In this document: piece after piece, positions 50,512 to 60,100 of the stretch
Position numbering within the stretch: position 1 is the stretch's first letter
Layout: each line of letters begins with the position of its first letter
NCBI GenBank assembly: GCA_001600695.1
Contig: BCKQ01000001.1
Span: forward strand, 70,423-134,422
DNA length: 64,000 nt
Origin: Ascoidea asiatica JCM 7603
Taxonomy: Eukaryota > Fungi > Ascomycota
Reading direction: 5' to 3'
Position numbers and translations under genes: made by a program
Notes under the pieces: generated by a model
Database searches by the model: none
What the model was told of the DNA's origin: nothing
What the model saw: only the letters and a program-made list of their open reading frames with translations

Positions 50512-50718
50512 CTTGACTAGCTACTTGTTAAAAACAATTGAGAAAAGATATTTAGTAAGGATGCCGACACGTGACTTGATATTAGATATTCAATTTTTCA
50601 AATTATTACCAGCTTTGAGGGTGTTGCAGTTACTTACCATCATTTATTCAATATATACAGTATATAAAGTATATACAATATACGATTTTATAAAAAATAT
50701 GTTTATAATTTTTATAAT

Positions 50719-51552
50719 TTAAAGTAAAAATAATGAAAAAATTAAACAAAAAAATGATAAAATAACTTTTTCAATATTAAAATTAGAATTTATTTTTTTT
50801 AAATTTTTATTTTTAATTTCAATTGATGAAATAAATTCAGAAATTTCTTCAAAATTATTTGTAAAAGTTGTAGTAATAGTACTTGTCCATGGTCCATTTC
50901 CAGAAATTCTACTTTCATAAGTATCAAAAACATTAATTATACTTGAATAAATTAAATTATGTTTATATTTTGTACTTGTCCATTGAGTAAAATTATTTAT
51001 TGTTGAAATAAAATTTTTAGATTTATTTTATATACTTATATATGAAGTAATATATTTAAAATCTAAAAAAATTTTAAATTCTGAAAAATAATTATAAATT
51101 TTTGTATAATTATCATTTTCTAGTCTTAAACCAAAAATATTTAAAAATGAATTAAAAATAATTTCTGGAAAATAAGTCATTGAACCTTGAGGTGAAAATG
51201 TTAAAGGATATTTTTGATTTGTAAGAATAAAATTTGTATAAGAATTATTAATTTTAATATTTTCAATCTCAATTCCAGTTTCATTATTAAATCTTAAAGA
51301 TAAAGAATTTAAAATTATTGCAACTGAAGATATATTTGAATAAATATTTTGATCATTTTTATTAATCATTTTAATTTTTGTTAAAATTTCATTATTTTTA
51401 AAATTTCTTGGATTATAACCACCAAAAATTAATGAACCATTAAAATTATAACTGTCAAAAGAATTAAATCTTGCATTTTCAGACATTATTCTTCTATTTA
51501 TATAACCTGAATTTAAATTTTTAATTAAATTAAAGTTTTTTAATACTATCAT
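50719..51552 (-). pseudogene. truncated, stop-interrupted yapsin-like (GPI-anchored aspartic protease) remnant
   Basis: GSLIFGG motif and a degenerate second active-site region (FSPQGSMTYFP). After the TAA at 51030-51028 the same frame continues ~100 codons to a hydrophobic tail LFLSFFCLIFSLFLL. Confidence 0.6.
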
Positions 51553-52084
51553 TTTTTTATTATTACTTTTTTTTTACTTTTACTTTTGGATTGAAGAAAA
51601 GCATTCTGAAAATAAAATAAAATCAGGATATTAAATATTTTTCAAGAAGTTATTTGAATATAAACACAATTATGGTAATATGCAAAAAAAAAACCCAGGA
51701 AAAAGGAATATTGTAATAATATTAAATATTAAGGATTTCAACCAAAGTTTCCAACCAAGTAAGTCACTCTTGAATATTGAAAATATGATAGGAAACAAGA
51801 ACCATAGTCTAATGTAATTGTAACAGTCAATTGATTATAAACTACTTTCCTTCTGAACAGAATAAAAGATTGTTTCTCATTGAAATATAAAGCAGTTTTT
51901 TAACTTCTTTTAAAGTAAAAATATCAGCAGAGCTTGGACCTTTCTGAATTTATCCCTTGGGCTGAGCAGGACACTCCCCGGTGCATTCTGGGACAGCCCG
52001 CCCGGTCCTGTTTCCATTGTCTTTTTCTCTTCACTGTTGCAAGAAGTTGCATCACAACTTTTTCCGTTACAGAAACAAGAAAAA

Positions 52085-52156
52085 TCCGTGATAGTTTAGT
52101 GGCTAGAATTACCGCTTGTCGCGTGGTAGACCGGGGTTCAATTCCCCGTCGCGGAG
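52085..52156 (+). tRNA. tRNA-Asp(GTC)
   Basis: TCCGTGA/TCGCGGA acceptor stem, anticodon arm ACCGC-TTGTCGC-GTGGT and GGTTCAATTCC T-loop/B box. Confidence 0.96.
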
Positions 52157-52159
52157 CTC

Positions 52160-52167
52160 TTTTTTTT
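52160..52167 (+). terminator. RNA polymerase III oligo-T terminator
   Basis: T-run immediately 3' of tRNA-Asp. Confidence 0.8.
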
Positions 52168-52230
52168 GTTAGGACTTTGTTGATGATATAAACTCGATTG
52201 GTCTGAAAACATAAACATTGCCGTTGTTTG

Positions 52231-52304
52231 GCGTAAGTGGTTTAGTGGTAAAATTCGACGTAAAATAGTCACGTGGTCTTCCAGGGTTCTATTCCAGCTT
52301 CCGG
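52231..52304 (+). pseudogene. decayed tRNA-Gly(GCC)-like sequence
   Basis: GCGTAAGTGGTTTAGTGGTAAAATTCGACGT resembles the yeast tRNA-Gly 5' half. The anticodon is lost, the B box is degraded (GGTTCTATTCC) and the stems are mispaired. Confidence 0.7.
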
Positions 52305-52434
52305 TTCTGATTGGTGGACTGGAAGTGAACACCTCTGGCCAATGAGCAGAGCCGAGTCACGTTTCTCTGCCAATCGGCCTTCTCGAGCTTTGTTCCCAGA
52401 AATAACCAGACAAATGAGAATGAAAGAAAGATTA

Positions 52435-52545
52435 AGATAATAAGAGAGATAATAAGAAAGAGAGAAAGAGGGAGAGAAAGAGAGAGAGATAATAAGAGAG
52501 AGAGAGATAAAGATAAAGAGATAAAGAGAGAAAGAGATAAAGAAC
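52435..52545 (+). repeat. purine-rich (GA/GATAA) low-complexity tract
   Basis: Runs of agagag and gataa. Confidence 0.8.
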
Positions 52546-52688
52546 AATGCAGAAAACAGTGACAATAAAAGAGGCAGATGGAAGAATAAAGGAATATTCC
52601 AAGTAATAATCTGTTGAATACTCCCTTAAATATCCCAATTCGATACTTTAAGTTGAAAGATTCCTCTCAAGAGTGTGTAATCTGATAA

Positions 52689-52739
52689 CAATATCAATAT
52701 CAATATCAATATCAATATCAATATCAATATCAATATCAA
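52689..52739 (+). repeat. (CAATAT)n microsatellite
   Basis: About 8 tandem hexamers. Confidence 0.9.
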
Positions 52740-52965
52740 AGCTTGAAACTAAATCACCTTTATCTTATTGAATTAACTTATTCAACTACAATTATGACTC
52801 TCAACTTTTCAAAAATTACAAATATATTAAATTATTTATAATTTAAATAAAATACTTATTTACTATTCACACTTCTTATTTTTCAATTTTCATTTCTTTA
52901 TTAATTATAATTCTCATATTATTTATTTAAATATTTTTGAATATCTTTTTTATAAATTATAGATA

Positions 52966-54729
52966 ATGAATAATAAATCAAAACCAATTTTAGTTCAAGA
53001 AGTTAATGAATCTTCTTCTTTATTATCTTCTTCTTCTGGTTATATTAGAGAAAATGAAATTCAACAACATATTTCAAATGATTTAGAAAATAACACCACC
53101 AATGATAATACAAATGACAATAATGATATTGAAGAAATGAAATTATCTCCTTTAAAATTATATGGAATTGTATTCTCTTTATGTATTGGTGCTTTTTTAT
53201 CTGCTTTAGATTCAACTTTAGTTACAACTTTATTAACTACAATTTCTTCTGATTTAAATTCTTTATCAAAATTAAGTTGGATTGGTACTTCATATTTATT
53301 ATCTTGTTCAATAATACAACCATTATCTGGTAAAATTAGTGATATTTTTGGTAGAAAATTATGTTTATTAATTTCTTATTTTTTTTTCATCTTTGGTTGT
53401 TTAATTTCTGGTTTATCTAAAAATATTTTAATTTTAATAATTGGTAGATTAATAACTGGTATTGGTGGTGGTGGTTTATGTACTTTAGGTACAATAACTT
53501 TATCTGATATTATACCTTTAAGAAAAAGAGGTATAATGCAAGGTATTGCAAATATTGGTTTTGCTTTAGGTGCTGCAACTGGTGGTTTAATTGGTGGTTT
53601 ATTTGCTGATTCAAATTTAGGTTGGAGATGGGCTTTTTTTTTTCAAATTCCAATTTCAATTTTTGCAACTTTAGAATTATATTTTTTCTTAAATTTACCA
53701 AAAAATTCAATTGGTTATGGTATTCAAAATAATTCTTTTTTACAAAATTTTAAAAAAATTGATTTTTTTGGTTCTTTATTATTATCAATTGCTTTATCTT
53801 GTTTTTTAATTTCTTCTTCTTCTTATTCTTCTTCATCCTCTCTTACTTCATTAGAAATCAGTACTAATTTATTATTATTTATTATATCAATTTCATTTTT
53901 CATTTTTTTTTATATCTGGGAAAATTCATATGCTATTGAACCTATAACTCCAGTTAAATTATTAAAAAATAAAACTGTTTTATCTTCAAGTTTATGTAAT
54001 TGGTTTATGTCAATGTCTGTTTTTACTTATTTATTTTTTTTACCAATTTTTTGGAATTCTGTTAAAAATTTATCTTCAACTGATTGTGGTTTAAGAATGA
54101 TTTCAAATTTTATTGGTGTTGGTTTTGGTTCAATTGGTTCTGGAATTTATATGAAAAAAACTGGAAAATATTATAAATTTATAATAATTATTGGAATTTT
54201 TTCAATTCTTGGTCAATTACAAATTTATTTCTCAAATATTAATAATTCTAAAATTCATGATTTATTTTTACTTTTTTTACCTGGTTTAACATATTCTGCA
54301 ATATTAACTATAACTTTAACTGCTTTAATTGCTTCTGTTAATCAAAATCAACAAGCTATGACTACAAGTATTCAATATGCTTTTAGATCTACAGGTTCAA
54401 CTTTAGGTGTTTCAATTTCTTCTTCAATTTTTCAATTAAATTTAAAAAAAAATATTTTAAATTCAATTCATTTCTTAAAAAAAAATAATAAAATTCCAAT
54501 TGAATTTAATAATAAAATTTCTTTAAATAAAATTATTCAAAATTCTTTAAATAATGCTAATTATATGCATGAATCTGCTCCTGATTTTATTAAAAATTAT
54601 TTAATTCAAAGTTATAATAAATCAACTCATTTAGCTTTATTATTTGCTTTAATAACTTGTATTATTGCATTTATTTGTACAATTTTTATGAAAGAATATA
54701 AATTACATTCAAATTTATCAAGAAAATAA
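52966..54729 (+). CDS. MFS transporter, DHA2 (14-TM) family, Vba1/Vba2-like
   Basis: FLSALDSTLV, SWIGTSYLL, GKISDIFGRK (MFS motif A), GRLITGIGGGG and WRWAFFFQIP. Confidence 0.9.
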   Translation: MNNKSKPILVQEVNESSSLLSSSSGYIRENEIQQHISNDLENNTTNDNTNDNNDIEEMKLSPLKLYGIVFSLCIGAFLSALDSTLVTTLLTTISSDLNSLSKLSWIGTSYLLSCSIIQPLSGKISDIFGRKLCLLISYFFFIFGCLISGLSKNILILIIGRLITGIGGGGLCTLGTITLSDIIPLRKRGIMQGIANIGFALGAATGGLIGGLFADSNLGWRWAFFFQIPISIFATLELYFFLNLPKNSIGYGIQNNSFLQNFKKIDFFGSLLLSIALSCFLISSSSYSSSSSLTSLEISTNLLLFIISISFFIFFYIWENSYAIEPITPVKLLKNKTVLSSSLCNWFMSMSVFTYLFFLPIFWNSVKNLSSTDCGLRMISNFIGVGFGSIGSGIYMKKTGKYYKFIIIIGIFSILGQLQIYFSNINNSKIHDLFLLFLPGLTYSAILTITLTALIASVNQNQQAMTTSIQYAFRSTGSTLGVSISSSIFQLNLKKNILNSIHFLKKNNKIPIEFNNKISLNKIIQNSLNNANYMHESAPDFIKNYLIQSYNKSTHLALLFALITCIIAFICTIFMKEYKLHSNLSRK

Positions 54730-54946
54730 TAACTTCAAATTACTTATTCATTCATCTTATAGAGTATATAGTTTTTTAAATAAAATACTTATTATATTTA
54801 TTTTAACCTAATTTATTTCCGTTATTTGTATTAATTTTTATTTTTTCCATTGAAAAATGCAATAAAAAGAAGAATGAATGAATAAATGAATGATAACTAG
54901 AAATGATTCAAGAAATATAGATAATGTAATATATAATATAAACCAT

Positions 54947-54972
<26 letters not shown>
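54947..54972. repeat. (TA)n microsatellite
   Basis: Uninterrupted TA run upstream of the GT71 gene. Confidence 0.9.
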
Positions 54973-54978
<6 letters not shown>

Positions 54979-55007
54979 AGATCTATTCATGTTATATAGA
55001 GTTAATA

Positions 55008-56741
55008 ATGCAATATAATTCTAGAAAACCATTGATGAATGTTTCTATTTTCCAGTATAAAAATATCAAGATAATTATAACATGTTTAATAGTTTTATTT
55101 ATAATTCTATTGAATCTCAATAATGAATCATTTAAATATAATGAGAATAATACAAATTTAAGTAATAATGATAAAAGATTTTATAGAAAAGAATTTAATT
55201 CAAATGAAGAAATAAGTTTGATAAATAAACAAAAATTTCAAACAATTTTAAAAAATTCCAAATCTAATTCTAATCAAATTCAATTTTTCAAGAAATTTTA
55301 TCAAGAATTATTTGAAATCATAATTAAAAGTAAACCAAATATTTCAATCAAATCATTAAAAGATAATTATCCAAAATGTAAAACTATTAATCATAGTAGT
55401 CAAGAAATTCTAAGTGAAGAATTTTTAAATGGATTTTTAAAATTAAATAAAGAAGATATTAAAGAACTTAAATTAAAACAAAGTATGTTTAAAAAAGAAA
55501 TGAAATCATTAATCAAGACATATAAAAAAAAATATTTTTCAAAAGAAATGAATATAAATACAGATGATGATAAAGAAGAAATTGAAGAAGGAATAGTTTT
55601 TATAGGTGGTAAAACATATACATGGTTAAGTTTAGTTTCAGTAAAACAAATTAGAAAATTAGGAAGTAAATTACCAATAGAAGTAATTATACCAAATTTA
55701 AATGATTATGATATGGATTTATGTTTAAATATCTTACCAATTTATAATGCAAATTGTAAATTTTTACCAGAAATTATATCTGAAAATTTATTTAAAGAAT
55801 TAGGTATAAATGGATATCAATATAAAATTTTAGGAATTTTAATTTCAAGTTTTAAAAAAATTATTTATTTGGATAGTGATAATATACCAATTAAAAATTT
55901 AGATTTTTTATTAAAATTTGATAAATTTGAAGAAACTGGTTTAATCACTTGGCCAGATTTTTGGAAAAGAAGTACATCTCCAATTTTTTATGAAATTTCA
56001 GATTTAAAAATTGGTAAAAGAATTAGAAAAAGTAAAAGTTATAATGGATTTTATATTAATGATAATTTTAATGTTGACAATCTTATCAATGATAATAATT
56101 ATATCAAAAGACAAATACCTTTACATGATAGAAGTAATACAATTCCAGATTTAACTAGTGAAAGTGGACAAATGATAATTGATAAATTTAAACAATTTGA
56201 TACTTTATTATTAACATTATATTTAAATATTTATGGACCAAATATTTATTATGATTTATTATCACAAGGAACTTTAGGACAAGGAGATAAAGAAACATTT
56301 ATTGGATCAGCAGTAATCTTAAATAAAAAATTTTATCAAGTTCCAAAAATTGTTGAAACTATGGGACATCAAAATTTAAAAGATTTTCAAATAACTTCAA
56401 TGGTTCAATTTAATCCAATTAATTTTGATGAAATTTTATTTATTCATGCAAATACTCCAAAATTAATTCCATCAAATTTATTCAAATTTGATCAATTGAA
56501 AGATAATAAAAATGAAAAAAGATTAAGACATTTTGGTGGAGAATTTATTGGTAATAAAATTAGAGAAATTGATTTTGAATTAGATATATTCAATGAAATG
56601 AAATTTTATATTTGTGATTTAAAGAATCCTAAGATAAATGTTAACTTGATTGAATCTTTCAATAGATATGGATTAATGAAGCTATGTGAGGATATCAAAG
56701 GACATATCAGTTTTCTTGAGAAAACTAGTTTCCTCAGCTGA
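55008..56741 (+). CDS. Mnn2/Mnn5-family alpha-1,2-mannosyltransferase (GT71)
   Basis: Transmembrane anchor plus GIVFIGG, LPIEV, GYQYKILG, YLDSDN (DxD), WPDFW, ESGQM, GDKETF and FIHAN. Confidence 0.9.
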   Translation: MQYNSRKPLMNVSIFQYKNIKIIITCLIVLFIILLNLNNESFKYNENNTNLSNNDKRFYRKEFNSNEEISLINKQKFQTILKNSKSNSNQIQFFKKFYQELFEIIIKSKPNISIKSLKDNYPKCKTINHSSQEILSEEFLNGFLKLNKEDIKELKLKQSMFKKEMKSLIKTYKKKYFSKEMNINTDDDKEEIEEGIVFIGGKTYTWLSLVSVKQIRKLGSKLPIEVIIPNLNDYDMDLCLNILPIYNANCKFLPEIISENLFKELGINGYQYKILGILISSFKKIIYLDSDNIPIKNLDFLLKFDKFEETGLITWPDFWKRSTSPIFYEISDLKIGKRIRKSKSYNGFYINDNFNVDNLINDNNYIKRQIPLHDRSNTIPDLTSESGQMIIDKFKQFDTLLLTLYLNIYGPNIYYDLLSQGTLGQGDKETFIGSAVILNKKFYQVPKIVETMGHQNLKDFQITSMVQFNPINFDEILFIHANTPKLIPSNLFKFDQLKDNKNEKRLRHFGGEFIGNKIREIDFELDIFNEMKFYICDLKNPKINVNLIESFNRYGLMKLCEDIKGHISFLEKTSFLS

Positions 56742-57160
56742 ATATACATTCTTATTCTCATTCTTGTTCTTATTTTAACTCTCATTCTCATTCTAATTCT
56801 GTATAAATTGTTATCGCACGTATTCTGTTTACAGAGAAATAGATAAAAAGAAGCTTTAAATAGTTTTTATACCAGTTTGGGAGGAGACCCGGGAAAGTGG
56901 TCTCCGCCACGCTCACGCAACTAAAAAAAGACAGTTTCCTCAGTGCGTGTAAAACGAGTAAAAAGCTCGCGTATTTTTATTTACAACTTGTCATGATTGC
57001 ATTATCCAAAGTCAGCAACATCTCTGAATAAATAAATATCAATAAATATCAATAAATATCAATAAATAAATCATATTCAATTGATTACATTTACAAATTA
57101 AATTGTTCAAGACTTATTAATGTCCTTTATTGACATACTGGAAGAGAACTAATTAAAATC

Positions 57161-60100
57161 ATGTCTGCCTCTGTTAAATCTCAATCAGATTCTTCATTGG
57201 TGAGCTTGAGCAAACAAAATGACAATTTAGTAACTGTTAATTCTAGTGAAGATAAGTTAGTTGATATTGATGATCAATTAATAAATGAGAATATAATCGA
57301 TAAGATGCCAATAGATAAGGCTCCAATAGATAATGTTCCAATAGATAATCCCATAATAGGTGAAACTCTATCTGATTATATTTCTATGGATAATAATTTG
57401 GAAAAAGTTAATTCGATAAATAATCAATTAACTGAAGATAAATCAAATGATAGTGAAATATATGATGATAAGTCAGTTGTTGAAATAAATTCAACTCCAG
57501 ATATTCCAATAAATGATAAAAAAAATATAAGCAGTGATGTAATTATTATTGATTCAAGCAATGATAACGTTGATTTGATTGATATGAAGTCAGATCATGA
57601 TAGCAATGAATCAAATCTTGTCGAATCAGCCAAGACTGAATCAATCAATAAGAAATTGATAGATATTCATTTAATCGATAATCAATCATTTGATAATGAA
57701 ACATTCGATAATCAATTAGTGGAAAATAAATCAATGGACGGTAAATCAGAAGATGATAAATCAATCAATAATAAATTACTTGAGGATAATTCAATTGATA
57801 AAAACTCAATAGATAATAAATCAATTGAAAACATCTCAATGGATAATAACTCAATGGATAATGAACAAATTAATAACATTTTTCAAACTGATAATAATTC
57901 AATAGATGATCTATTTGGTAAAAATGATTCATTTGATGATGATATATTTGGTAAAACCAATTCACTCAATGATGATATATTTGGTCAAATTAATAATTCA
58001 ATTCCTACTACTATTCCATCTGATACTAATCCTTTGATTAATAATTCTTCAAATTTATCTAACAATTTATCCAATAATTTATCCAATAATTTCTCTAATG
58101 ATTTCTCTAAAAATAATGGAAATGATAATAATAGTAATCCATTTAATGATAATGATAATAATCCATTCAATAATAATGAAGATGAAAATGATTATAATCC
58201 ATTTAATAATGATTCAATAAACAATGATTTAAATTTTCAAAATTTATTAGATAATGAATCAATTAATACTAAATCATCTGATAATGATTCAATAGATATG
58301 AAAGTAACTGATAATAATTCTGATCTAATAACATCTCCAATATCTTTAAACTTAACTAATAATATTGATAATGATATAAATAATAATAATGACAATAATA
58401 ATAAAAATAAAAATATCTCTGAAAATAAAAAAATGGATCTAACTTTATCTTTGGCGTTCTTAGAAAATCTCGATGAAGAAGAAGAAGAAGACGATGAAGA
58501 AGATGATGATGATGGCAACGATCAAGAAAATAAAGGTGCTATTGAACAACCTCAAAAAAGTACGGACCTTTCTAAATCTTTAGCTTTCTTAGATGATATT
58601 GATGATGAAAGTGAAGATGAAGAACCATCTGAAGTTCTTCAAATTGATAAAAGTCAATTAAATCAGAATCAAAATTTACAACAAAAATATTCTCCGAATT
58701 ATAATCAAATTAATAATCAAACTTCACCTATATTACCAGTTAAACCTCAATTTAACATTCAAAAAAATATTCAAAATAATATTCAAAATAATAATTTCAA
58801 TGATAATACTAATGGATATGACTTTTTAAATAAAAAGAAAAGTTTTAATACTTTGAATAGATCTCGTTCTAGTACTTTAAATAAACTGCCACCAACAGTT
58901 TCAAAAAAAAAATCTTTTTTTGAAGAATTACCAATATTAATACCAGAAAAAGCTTTTAGAAAACCAAAATCTCATTCACGTTTACCAATTATGAATCAAT
59001 CTCATCCTCCAAATATGAACTCACATATGAATTTACCACCTCAAATGAACCCATCACAAATGAATCCACCACAGATGAACTCTTTACCAATGAATCCTCA
59101 AATGAATCCTCAAATGAATCAACTACCAATCAGTCAGCAATTTCCAACCTTACCTTCGAAATATAATCCTCCGGTTCCAAACTCAACATCTCAAGTGCCT
59201 TTGAATTATAATGGCTCTCAATTTCCTCCTTTACAGCAAAATTTTAATTCTCAAAATTTCAATCTTGCTTCTCAAATGCCAATGAATACAAATACGCAAA
59301 TTCTTTCTGCTCAAATGAGTATTCCTAATTTATATCAACCACCACCAACAACTTTAAATTCTCAACAATTTTCTCAAACTCCAGTTATAAGCCAATATAA
59401 TCCAGTATCCCAAATTAATCATCCACAGTTCTCATCAAATGTCAATTCATCCTCCGTTAACCCTCCTCAAAATACAAAAAGAAGTAAATATAAACCCCCT
59501 GAACCTTCTTTAGATCCTAATGGTTCCATAAATCAATACTCTTCTTTGGTTCAAAACGCTCCACCTAAGGTTCTTCCTTTCAATTCCAATGGTCCAATTC
59601 CACAAGCTATCCCTCAAGGAACTAGTATATCACCACAATTAGGATTTGGTTTCAATCCCCCAGTATCTCAACCTATTTCTCAAGGTAACACTATATTACC
59701 TCAATTAGGGTTTGGTTTGAATGGCTCATTAAAAACTACCGAAAAATACTCCAGTAAAAAAATAGCAAATTTACATTTAAATGTCCAGGATCCTTCCTTA
59801 TTCAAGGGAAAAAACAACTCACCATATACACCTGTAACACCTTATATGAGTGATAAACCTCCTGTTCGACGAAAAAGTAACAGGGAATCTATTTTGGCAT
59901 CTCCAGATTCGTATTCTCTTCATCTAACATATCAGATTCCAATTTTTAAATGGAATTCCAATAAAATTCTTCATGTTATACCAACAAATGACCATTTTAT
60001 TCAAAATAAAATTGAACTCAAAACAATTCAATCTATTTTTAAAAGTGATCCTTTAATTGAGTCATTTCCTATAATAAATTTCACTCAAAATTTAACTAAG

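Noticed and set aside
51934-52332. ORFs overlapping the tRNA locus
   Set aside because: They are explained by tRNA-Asp and the tRNA-Gly remnant.
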